From NCBI GenBank assembly GCA_013239625.1, contig MU054308.1, forward strand, positions 15,174 through 79,173: DNA of 64,000 nucleotides, written 5' to 3'. The position numbers and the translations under genes are program-made. The stretch is from Lama guanicoe (lineage: Eukaryota). Positions 26,559 through 37,745 of the stretch are shown in pieces (the stretch's first letter is position 1; every line of letters starts with the position of its first letter). The notes under the pieces were generated by a model that was given only the letters and a program-made list of their open reading frames with translations, did not search any database and was not told the origin of the DNA.

Positions 26559-27461
26559 ATGATTAGGAGCATGAATAAGTTCATTCTGTATGGGTTAACA
26601 CAGGCTGTTCTAAAGGAGAAACTAGTACTTGTGATCTTCTTGCTTCTATACCTTGCAACTCTTGGCAAACTTCCATATTGTGATGAACATAAGATGTAGT
26701 CAGACACGTGGGAGCCCATGTACTTCTTCCTTTTCTGTTTATCCTTTGCTGATGCCTGTTTGTCAACAACCACTGCACCTAGGTTGATTGTAGATTCTGT
26801 ATGTGAGAAGAAAGTCATCTACAAAGAATGCCTGACCCAGATCTTTGCAGGTCACTTCTTTGGGTGCGTGGAAATCTTGGTGCTGATTCTCATGTCCTTT
26901 GATCATTATGTGGCCATTATTAAGCCCCTGAGATACACAACCATCATGATCCAGCATGTCTGTGGTGCATTGGTGAATCTGACCTGGGTGGGGTCTTGCA
27001 TCCATTCTTCAACACAGATCCTCTTGGCTCTGAAATTACCCTTCTGAGGTCCCAGTGTTACCAATCACTATTTCTGTGATATGCAGCCTTTACTGGAACT
27101 TGCCTGCATGGATATTTATGTCATCAATCTACTCATTGTTTTTAACAGTGGGTACATATGCATGGTGAGTTTCATAATGCTGCATATCTCCTATGTTTTC
27201 TTCTTACATTCTCTGAGTAATCAGAGTGTAGAAGGAAGAAGGAAAGCCCTATCCGCCTGCACCTCCCACATTATTGTTATCACCGTATTCTTTGTACCGT
27301 GTATATTCACATACATTCACCCTCTAACTGTATTTCCAGTGGACAAGATTGTGGCTGTGATTCACACTATTGGGACACCCTTGCTCAACCCTCTGATTTA
27401 TACTCTGAGGAATGTAGAAGTCAAAACTGCCATGAGAAAGTTATGGTGCAACAAACTCTGA
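26559..27461 (+). pseudogene. Olfactory receptor pseudogene, OR4C11/OR4C16-like
   Basis: ATG 26559: MIRSMNKFILYGLTQAVLKEKLVLVIFLLLYLATL. Two small deletions (about 26662 and about 26716) enclose an out-of-frame stretch with TAG. Then MYFFLFCLSFADACLSTTTAPRLIVD...MSFDHYVAIIKPLRY...LPF* (TGA 27045-27047), and in frame ...KALSACTSHIIV...[13 protein letters not shown]. Confidence 0.9.
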
Positions 27462-28020
27462 CTTGGGGTGGTAAAGGGCAGAAGACACCAATTGCTAATT
27501 CTGCCACAGTTTAAATAAAATTGGATTGATAGAAAAGGCAAAATGTTCTCATCTCAGTGTGGACAATATTATCCTCTTCCAATGGTACCTTGTAGGGATT
27601 AGGCAGACTAAGCACAGAGCAAAGATCTATATTTTTTTAAACCAATGTCTCATAGAGTGACAGACTATTAAGTACAGTCATATTTGTGGAAGCCCAAGCC
27701 TGTTCCTCATGTCTGCTGTCTGCATTGATATTTCTGCTCTTTTTAGGCTTATGAGCCAGATCTTATTGTTTACCTTATTTATTTATATATTGTTTTGATT
27801 TGTATTTTTCTTTTTCATGTTTATTATCCAAATTTAACAATTTATTGCTGATTTCTGCCATCCATTTTGTTGGCAAAACAGTTACTGTTGCCTCATGTTA
27901 CATAAAATTTAAAAAAAGGAAACCTTTACACTTTATATATACATAATATATATATAATACTTTTGGTGAAGGAAAAGGTTTTTGACAGCAGACATTTACC
28001 CATGACTTGAAATTTGATGT

Positions 28021-28741
28021 TGTTATGGGTTGAATTGTTTCCCTTAAGAAAAAAAATGTGTTAGAGTCTTAATCTGCAGTACCTCCAAATTTGACCTTTA
28101 TTTAGAGATAGGGTCTTGTGGTGTAAGGACCTGACAGCTTTCTGGAGTGTAATGTAAGCACCTGACGTTAAGCTTGTGATTGTCCAGCCATTCATTTCAA
28201 AGATACTCATCTTAATAAATACATTGGCATAACTAGATACAGAGCCAGGTATTTTTGTCCATGAAGTTCCCCTTTTACAAAGCCCTGGGTGACCTATAAT
28301 TGACCATTTGAGTGACCTTGCTTTCCCCTTCCTATGATTTAGTCCTTCTCTTATGTTTTAAATTAACTAATAGAGAGAGACCCCAAGAAAATGTAGGCAT
28401 TCTGCCCTTGACCTCAGTGAAGGCAGAACACCAGGTTCTCTTCTCTCTCTCTCTGAACCTGTGGCATCCCTGTGTGACCTCAGTCATGCAGTGTACCCTT
28501 CATGACCACTGAGGAATAAACCTTGTTTTTCCAAAGTTCCCTGCTGGGTGTCACTGATCATAATAAAAAGCACAAGAATCCATCCAGTGACAACGTTGAT
28601 TCTGGTTGGGAAAATCTCTATGGGAGCTCCCCACAAGCAATAGGCTCAGATAAGTGTGGCCAGGGATTCCTAGTTAACAGCATTACTCTCCATAGACTGA
28701 GACTGACACAAAAGAGCTATTCAGAGAGGTAATGAAGTTAA
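28021..28741 (+). mobile_element. MaLR (MLT1-like) LTR 5' part with a nested ERV LTR (about 28122-28634)
   Basis: MLT1-type start TGTTATGGGTTGAATTG...TTAGAGATAGGGTCTT. Then an LTR TGTAAGGACC...AATAAA (about 28515)...CTCCCCACA. MLT1-like text resumes at CAGAGAGGTAATGAAGTTAA. Confidence 0.6.
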
Positions 28742-28997
28742 TTTCTTTTCCTATCAGGGTGAAAAGATGACATCCTTTTAAAAGTGGATACAAAAATTTC
28801 AGGAGGGCCTTTGCTAGACTTAAAGAAATGCATAAAAAAAGGGGGAAAAGCAAACAAAAAAACAGCTTAAGAATGTCTCACAGAATCTCAAGTTAACTGG
28901 TCTGGCCATACTGACATAGTAAAATGAAAAGGGCTAAACAATTGAATGGTATTTTTCTAATTTGAAGCTAGTAGGAAAAGACCTGACTTGAGATAAA

Positions 28998-29010
28998 TTT
29001 CCCTGGGAAA
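28998..29010 (+). promoter_or_regulatory. Candidate O/E (EBF/Olf-1) site in OR4A upstream block, copy 1
   Basis: TTTCCCTGGGAAA fits the EBF consensus. It is identical at 45989-46001 and a variant TTTCCCCGGAAAA occurs at 38768-38780 in paralogous positions. It lies about 320 bp upstream of a conserved splice donor (GTAAG at 29332). Confidence 0.55.
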
Positions 29011-30592
29011 TGGCTAGTTCCTATCTTCCTATGTAAACATAGATTTGCTTTCCTTTTTGTAAAATTATCCTAACGAGGTCATTGGGGAGGGGGTGTCTGT
29101 GTGTGCTACTTGGAATTTCTTTTAAACAATTCACAATGCAAATAAAAAATGTCTTCTGAATCATCAGAAGACTCCAAGGAGAAAATGGACAGAGAGCTAA
29201 ATAAAATCAAACATCTCAAGAAATAATGCAGCCTTTCACCCTCTGCTGTGATATTAGATGAAAGAAGAATCCCAGATATCTATGAATGAGTTAAAAAGTC
29301 TCCCTTCAGGTAGTGAACAAGCTTCCACAAGGTAAGACTAAAAGTAAATAGTAGAAACCAGTCTACACAATTGTGTAAATTTATTATGTAAGAAAGTAAA
29401 TCATTTTGAAATAAATCAAACTTAGATCCCATTTCTAGTTTGACCTAAAAATGGGTGACCTTGGGGAAATTCATGAGATGTTCTGAGCCTTGTTGTCTTC
29501 AAATATGTAATGAAGATTACTGTTCTTGTTAATGTAAATGTTAGATGTGATACATTAAATTGTGAGTGCATGATTGGAAACCATTGTAGGAGATGTGAGC
29601 AATTGAGTGATATAATAAGAATAAGATTTAAAGAGAATCACTTGAGCTGTTTCAGGAGAACAAATTGTTAGGAGCCAGAATAAAATTGCAGACTTGACAG
29701 GAGGCTTTAGCTGTGGGCCAGGAAGGAGATGGGAGATAGCAAATGATCAAATTTGTGACATTTTTTGAAACTAGAGACAACCAGATCTGTCAAAGGAGTG
29801 AATAAGTAATATGACCAATAATAGGGTGAATAACACGATGAAATTTATTGGCTGAGAAATTATAATGGATATGGTACCATTTAATGAGATGGGAAACACC
29901 TTTTTTTATTGTGGAAATTTAAAATATTGTTTTATAAATACTAAACTGACATCCAACTGGAGATGTCCAAAATTGAGATGTTCCTCAGAGAAGTGTTAAA
30001 ATTAAGGTAGAGATAGGGGCTGGAGATACAAAACTGGAGGAAAGACCCTCAGAAAGAAGTCTCAGTTCTGAGACTGTTCAGGGCAGTGAACTTCTATTCA
30101 CAGTTTGATCTACTCACACAAAGTACATAAATTAGCTTAAATGGGACTCGATTTTACACTTTTGTGTCTTTATAAATAGTGTACCTTTTCTTGGAATTCC
30201 CATCCCATCTTTTCTTGTTCTTTGCTTTTTCTTTAGAACTGTGCTAAGCATTGCTTTTTCCAGGATGTCTTCTCTGATTCCAGTTTGATTGACACATTCC
30301 TACTCTGTGAACCTTAGCTTGTGTGAATATGCTTATAATGCTAATTATTACATGAGTCTGGGATGTTCTGATATCTAGTCTTTAATATATCCCTGAAGTC
30401 AGGGAACTATACCTTATTCAGTTTGGTATTCACAATATCTTTGACACATTGGACTCAAATATATACTCCATACAATTTATTTTAATTGAATGGATTAATT
30501 AAAGGTTAAATTTATAATGCATTTGAGTGTTTCCCTATTGTTTTGTAGGTAAATCACTTCAAATATGTGAAGTCAGCTCTTGTACAGACTAG

Positions 30593-31568
30593 ATGAAACC
30601 AAGGAACAATATAATTGAGTTTGTCCACTTGGGACTCACTCAGAGACTCCAGGGTCAGAAAATATTATTTGTTATGTTCTTGTTAATCTACATGGTGAGA
30701 ATGGTGGGCAACCTACTCATTGCTATAACTGTGGTGGTCAGTCCAACCCTGAATTCCCCTAGGTACTTCTTTCTTGGCTATTTATCATTTATGGATACTG
30801 TTTATTCTACTACAGTCACCCCAAATATGATTATACACTTACTCAGTGAAAAGAAAACCATTTCATTCCAAGGCTGCATGACTCAGCTTTTTATAGGGCA
30901 CTTATTTGGTGGTGCTGAGATTTTGCTCCTGGTAATCATGGCTTATGACCGCTAAGTGGCCATCTGCAAACCTTTGCATTATTTGACTATCATGAATAAG
31001 TGAGTGTGTGCTCTGCTGCTGCTGTTGACTTGGGTTGGTGGGTTTTTACATGCTGTAAGTCAACTTCTCTTTGTATACAGCCTTCCCTTCTGTGGCCCCA
31101 ATGTCATTGATCACTTCCTCTGTGACATGTACCCTTTTTTAAAACTTGCCTGCTCTGACACCTACATTATTAGCCTCACTGTGGTTGCCAATGATGGGAC
31201 AATGTTTATGGGTCATCTTTATGCTCTTGCTCATCTCCTATGGGGTCATCCTGCACTCCCTGAAGACTCTGAGTCTGGAAGGGAGGTGTGAAACCTTATC
31301 TACCTGTGGCTCCCACATTACTGTGGTGGTCCTCTTTGTCCCCTGTATTTTTATGTATGTGAGACCTCCTTCTACCTTACCCATTGATAAATCCTTGAAT
31401 ATTTTTTGCACCATAATCACTCCTATGTTGAACCCTCTAATCTATACTCTGAGAAATGGAGAGATGCAAAATGCCATGAAAAAGCTCTGGACCAGAAAAA
31501 GAAAAAAAGGCAAAATAGATCACCTATTTTCAATGAAGAATTGCTCTTTCCAGGTAAGCCATGTGTGA
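30593..31568 (+). pseudogene. Olfactory receptor pseudogene, OR4A subfamily, chimeric 5' end
   Basis: MKPRNNIIEFVHLGLTQ...MAYDR* (TAA 30953-30955), second stop TGA 31001-31003, 1-nt insertion near 31210, and loss of the ancestral stop near 31507. The body is a close paralog of 51107-52024. Confidence 0.93.
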
Positions 31569-32909
31569 TTCGTTAATTGCAGTAAATTTCTCCTCAGATT
31601 TGATAACTTGGGCAAGACAAAACTATTTATTATGTGAATACTTCCAATGATCAAAATATACTTTTAAGATTTTCATAATTTGCTAGTTCAAAGTATGCAT
31701 TTCGCTTTTAAATATATTTTTAGGATTTTCACAATCCTTAGGCAAATGCATTTAGTTTTAGATTTTCACAATTTCTTAGGAAAATATATTTAGCTTTGGG
31801 GTATATAATGATTATTGGGATTATAGATTTATGTTCTATATGACAAATTGAGCTATTTTAGGACTGTAAATTTATTTTAGTTAGTGGAAGATATTCTCAT
31901 ATTTCTCTTCTAAATAATATAATCTTTCAGAATTATGGGACTTGATACAGATTTCAGAAAAATTAAACAAAAATAAGACACAAAAACTTGGTTTACTCTT
32001 CCCGTGGTTAGCCCATATTAATATTTGAAGTATGTATCTTAATTTTTGTAGCTGCAAGATACTTAACATACATTATTTTACTCCTAATGCCTATGTTAAT
32101 TTTGAAGAATAATGATGTTTCAGAGTTGTAATATTAATCATAAGGAAGCTAGGTATATAAAAACTCTCTGAATGAACAAAATATATATACAGAAAAATAA
32201 CTAAATCATACTTATTTTCCCAATTGGGCAATCTCATTATCTTCTCAAATGAAGCAGATTTGTATGGAGTTATATTTTCATAAAGATGATCCATTAATCT
32301 TCCCAGATACTTTAGGATGTCTGTTTACACCTTTGCTCTTTTTTAATAGTCCTATTGCTTTTTTGTTTAAAGTGTTTCATAGCCTTCTGTAAATACACAG
32401 GCTCTGCCTTTCATGTATGAATGTACCATAATCCATAATCCATAAACTAAAAAACTTGACAACTGATATTTTGATCATCATTGTTAAGAAAGATGCTGAC
32501 AATATATGCCATTCTTATCTCTCTTGTTAATGAAAGATAGTTTACTTGGTAGTAAAGAGTTCAGAATATATTGTTTTATTTAAAAGACATCATTCATAAC
32601 ATTCTCTCTCTTTCTGAATCAGACTTGAAACAAAATATTATCATTATCAAATACCAGAAGTATGTGGTCAAAGAACTTACTATTCTGCCTCCCTTACCTA
32701 GCCTGGACTCATGAAGAGCTAAGGCTTTTGGGCAATCATTTCTTTTCACTGGTGAATCACACTGTATGAGAAACTTTATATCCTGCTTTTTGTATTACAT
32801 GAAGATTTTATATACCAAGTTCTTACAAAAAATAGCAATATTGACCAAATAATATCAAATATTTGAGTTGATCAGAATTTATATAATTCATTCCTCTACT
32901 TTTGGTTGT

Positions 32910-33266
32910 TGCTGTAAACTGAAAGTTTGCATCACCCTTCAGATTCCTAAGTTAAATCCTTTATAATGTGGTGGTGGTATTTGGAGGTGTTCCCTTTGAG
33001 GTATGATTAATTTAGGAAGATGGATCCCACATGAGTGGGATTAAAGCCCTTATAAAAGATATCCCAACATCACTTGACACTTCTGCCATATGAGGACATA
33101 GCAGATGGTGTCTGTGTACTAGGAAGCAGATCCTCACCATATGTGGAATCTGCTGGCATCTTAATGTCTGACTTCTGAGGCTCTAGAATTGTGAAAAATT
33201 ATTGTTTACTGTTTAAGCCACCATGTCCATGGTGTTCTGTAATAGGAGCCCAAATGGCCAAGACAG
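32910..33266 (+). mobile_element. MaLR solo LTR (MLT1A/MST-like)
   Basis: TGCTGTAAACTGAA...GTATTTGGAGGTG...GCCCTTATAAAAGA...TTTAAGCCACC...CCAAGACA. A paralogous copy at about 53417-53775 sits in the same flanking context. Confidence 0.75.
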
Positions 33267-34479
33267 AAATGTTAATTTTTAAATTTGCATAGTTATTTCA
33301 AGTGATGAGATAAGAATCTTTGTTAATTGTCTTTGTTCATTGGTGTATAAGATCCCTGAAGTCAGGAAAAGTTACTTAATTGTATTTCTGTTCTCTGTTC
33401 CTTACACAATGTATGAGACATAGAATTCACCCCTCGACTTTGTCAATTATATGTGTCCTTGAGTTCTTGAATTATTGGGATGAGAATTTTTACTGATAAA
33501 TTTTGATTAACTATACATATATTTGCTACAAATTTATATTTATATTGTTATGTTTTTATGTTATAATTATGAGTGTTTTTATATAAAGATGTTAATATTT
33601 TTTACTTTTTGATTTTGTCTATCACATCAGTTTTGGAAAATTCCATTTCCTTCAAGTGATTTTATAAATTTTAATCTTTTTGAAAAAACATTTTAAATGC
33701 AATTTTTAACACATTTTAGTTTTTTTTGATGTGAAAAAATAGCTAAGCCTCTTTTCCCTAAACAAGTAAAATAATCTGCAAATACAATTATTAATTTTAG
33801 TAATACTATGGAAATTTTAATTTAATATGTCAGGTTTTACACCATCTAGAGGATCCAATTTCTGACTGTTTCTCCTCCTCATGCCCCTCCTTTCTTTTCT
33901 TCTCTGCTTTCTTCTTTGTTATATTCCTCTACCAGTAATATATTACAGTGATTTTAATGTGTATTTATACCTAGTAGGGGTTTGTTCCTGTACTCATTTT
34001 TTCTAAAGCTTCTTACAATTCCTAAATATTTGTTTTCCCTGATAAACTTTAAGATAATTTTGCCAAGTTTGAAAATTTCCCATAAAATATATGTTTAGAA
34101 TGTCATTAATCTAAATATTTATTTTGAGGAAAATGCCATGTTTAATATCTTGTTTTCCCATCCAGAAAAAGACACATATTATGAAGGATTGATTGATGTC
34201 TCAATAAAAATAATCTCTCTGGAGTATACATAAATCCTGCTTTTTGGTTTTCTTTTAAACATTCTTATTTACATTTGATTCACATTTTCAGTGAACTTGT
34301 CCTAAAGGGCTTACTATCTTGCTGGCATGAAACACAATACAATTCCCAAAGCCACAGGGTGTATGTCTTATCCAAATATTCATAGGCCTGTATCCAATGA
34401 TACATATGTATGTATTTCACCATGCATTTCGATCTGTATCCAACCTCATGGGTCTACATCTTATAAAGTATGGATCATT

Positions 34480-36480
34480 GTTTGACTACTGATGTGAATG
34501 CATTTGCATATGTACACCCACGCAACAGGTGACAGGTGACACTAGAGTGCACTTCCTGGTAGACAGCTCCTGTGGAGGAAAACTCAGCAGCTCCTCCCCC
34601 AGGAGAAGCACTCTAGCCCCATCTACTTTACACCATACCTCAGAAAAGCATCTGGGGGCTTCTACCCCCAAAACTGGGGAACAGATGTGGCCACCAACTG
34701 GTCTGTGTCAACCACATAGCAAAAAGGAAGCCTGCTTAACATCTAGTGCAGACTCTGGTCACCATGACACCAACTATACTCCCTATCAAGGGGATAATAG
34801 CACACAAAAAGAAAAGATGTAGCAGACATCCATACTAAAAACAATCCTTGCAATAAAAATATTAGGTGTACACATGCTACACGGGGATGCTCCCGCATAA
34901 AAATAGCCCTTCAAGATCACAGAAGATAACTGTTACTCCTAAATTCATAGAGTCAGAGAAATATAAGTAAAATGAAGACACAGAGGAACTGCTCCAAATT
35001 AAAAGAACAAGAGGAGTCCCTGAAAGAACAAACAATACTAGATACTGAATTCAAAAAAGAGGTGATAAAAGCACTGAAGGAATTGAGAGAGCCTATGAAT
35101 AGAAATGCAGAATACTGCAAAAAGGAAATAGAAACTACAAGGAGGAGCCAATTAAATACAGAAAACTCAATTGCTGGAATAAAAGCCAAGTTAAAGGCAA
35201 TCAATAGCAGGCTAAATAATGCAGAAGGATGAATAAGTGATTTAGAAGACAGGATAATGGAAATCACCCAATCAGAACAGCAGAGAGAAAAACAAATGAA
35301 AACTAATGAAACCAATATAAGAGATCTATGGGATAATATAAAGCTTGCCAATCTATGCATCATAGGGGCCCTAGAAAGAGAAGTAAGAGAAAAGGTGGTC
35401 AAAATGTATTTAGAGAAATTATGACTGAAAACTTCCCAAACCTACAGAAGGAAACAGATATCCAAGTATAGGAAACATAGAGGGTTCCAAACAAGATGAA
35501 CCCAAACATACCTACATCAAAATGTATTATAGTTTAAATAAAAATTAAAGATAAACAGAAGATTCTAAAGGCAGCAAGAGAAAAACAAAGAGTTAGTTAC
35601 AAGGGAACCCCAGTAAGACTATTGGCAGATTTCTTTATGAAAAAGTTGCAGACCAGAAGGAAACAAGATATATTCAAAAACCTGAAAGGAATTCTATGTC
35701 TATGAGTCTATTTCTGTTTTGTATTTATGCTTTTTTTGTTTTATTTTGTTTTTGTTTTTTAGATTCCACATATGAGCTATCTCATATGATATTTTTCTTT
35801 CTATTTCTGGCTTACTTCACTTAGAATAACATTCTCCAGGAGCACCCATGTTGCTGCAAATGGCATTATGTTGTCGGTTTTTATGACTGAGTAGTATTCC
35901 ATTGTATAAATATACCACTTCTTCTTTATCCAGTCATCTGTTGATGGACAGTTAGGCTGTTTCCATGACTATTGTAAACTGGGCTGCTATGAACATTGGG
36001 GTTCATGTGTCATCCTGAAGTAGGGTTCCTTCTGGATATAAGCCCAGGAGTGGGATTCCTGGATCATACAGTAAGTCTATTCCTAGCCTTTTGAGGAATC
36101 TCCACACTGAAAAACTGCAACCTAGGATATTTTACCCAGTAAGATTATCACTTAGAATAGATGGAGAGATAAAGAATTTCTCAGACAAGTAGAAACTAAA
36201 AGAATACAGCAATACTAATCCTATCCTAAAATAAATATTGAATGGTCTTTTCTAAATAGAAAAAAATAAAAAATCTATAGAAAACAGAAAACGCAAATGG
36301 AAATGCAATGATAGCTACAATGCAAATAAATAAACATGAAGATGTAAAACAGCACATCAAAATCATAAAATATGGGGGATGTGAGTAAGAAAATGTGGAT
36401 TTTTTTTAGAAAGTGTTTGAACTTATATGACGACCAGTCTAAAGCAAGTAGATACAGTAATGAGTTAAAATACTTGAATA
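34480..36480 (+). mobile_element. LINE-1 5' portion (5' UTR tail and degenerate ORF1), interrupted at 35691-36108
   Basis: ORF 34972-35232 MKTQRNCSKLKEQEESL...DTEFKKEVIKALKEL...INSRLNNAE is L1 ORF1p-like. Downstream ORF1 motifs GAAAACTTCCCAAACCT and GCAGCAAGAGAAAAACA are present, and the element resumes at AAAAACTGCAACCTAGGAT. Confidence 0.88.
35691..36108 (-). mobile_element. Antisense internal L1 fragment (ORF2 end and 3' UTR start) nested within the L1 ORF1
   Basis: AGATTCCACATATGAG...CTTCACTTAGAAT...GTTGCTGCAAATGGCATT...GAGTAGTATTCCATTGTATA...GAGGAATCTCCACACTG is the reverse complement of L1 3' sequence like that at 54841-55100. Confidence 0.85.
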
Positions 36481-36974
36481 AGTATACCTTTGAGGAAAAA
36501 ATGATAATTGTATATTTCACTCCTTTCCACATAAAAGTAAACTATGCCTGACCTTCTTTTGATAGTAAATTTCATATGGCAACATAAAGACATGCAATTT
36601 TCAATTAAGTTTTGAAAGGATTATGAGCAATTCTAGATGTTAACACAGATTGTAATGTTACAATTAAAATCATTTGGTACTGATTCAAAAATAGCTACAA
36701 TATAAATGATTAAAAGAACTTATAAAATAAGCTGGTTTCACACATACATTTAAAATAAGGATATTTCTATTTGGATACTTTTGGTTCTAAATAACAGAAA
36801 AATCAATCGAAATTATTTTGAGATTTAAGGATATTTATTGATTGACTAGCATAATTGCAAACTTCAAAATTATGGAAGCTTCAGAGTTGGTTGATGGCCT
36901 GAATTATAAGATGACTAAAGTTTATTGAGCACATACTTTATGTTAAACATCTAGGAGAGTATTCTAAAGTTTTG

Positions 36975-37248
36975 TGGCATGGTCTCCCAGGTGGCACCAA
37001 ATCTCAGTCTTCAGTAATCCATGCAAATATTCCATTCAATTAATACTTCCAGGTGATGAGTAATATAGTCACAGCTGTGAATTCTATGTTGGTGAGTGAT
37101 TTGTTTTACTTTATTTAGTACAAAATGTGTGTCCTGGTTAGAGATAATAATCAGTGGAGTACCAGGGCAATGAATCACAGATTCTGCTCCATGAATAATA
37201 AAGCAAGCTGAAGTACTGGAGATAGAAGGGATATACATACACGCGCGT

Positions 37249-37283
<35 letters not shown>

Positions 37284-37745
37284 AACACATTCAGAATATA
37301 TGATGATAAGAATCTGTCTCTTCCAGGTTGAGGAGTTTTAATGGAGTAAGGGTTTTGGCTGATTGCCCTAGAGTATTTTGCCCTATGGGGGAGTCAGTGA
37401 TGAAATTTATTAATGGAATTTTGGACCTTCAGCTGTGACAGTAGCCAGACCATGACTGGTGACATGTAGATCCTGTTGCTCACTCAGTCTGTGTAGATCA
37501 TTCATCTCTGTTATGATGACCACCAAAGTGGCTCTAGAGGTTGACTGATAGCCACAAGACAGGTCATAATGTCAACCAGATTTCTGAGATTTTCTCTGAT
37601 AGAAACTTTATATGATGAACAGACCTTTTTGCATTTGGTCAGTTCCTAGTGATCCATCCACATACCACCCCTCCAGATTGCTTTGCCATCCATTCTTTCT
37701 GTTAAATTTTTACATTATTCTGCACATGGACCAGGTTGATGGGAA
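36975..37745 (-). mobile_element. ERV-L internal (pol RNaseH/integrase) remnant
   Basis: The minus-strand ORF 37011-37280 contains ESVIHCPGTPLIIISNQDTHFVLNKVKQITHQHRIHSCDYITHHLE..LIEWN, matching the ERV-L integrase pattern ECLIHRHGIPHSIASDQGTHF...GIHWSYH..HHPE...IERWNG. A GMW.D-like motif lies near 37655-37700. Contains a (CA)n run at 37250-37281. Confidence 0.75.
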
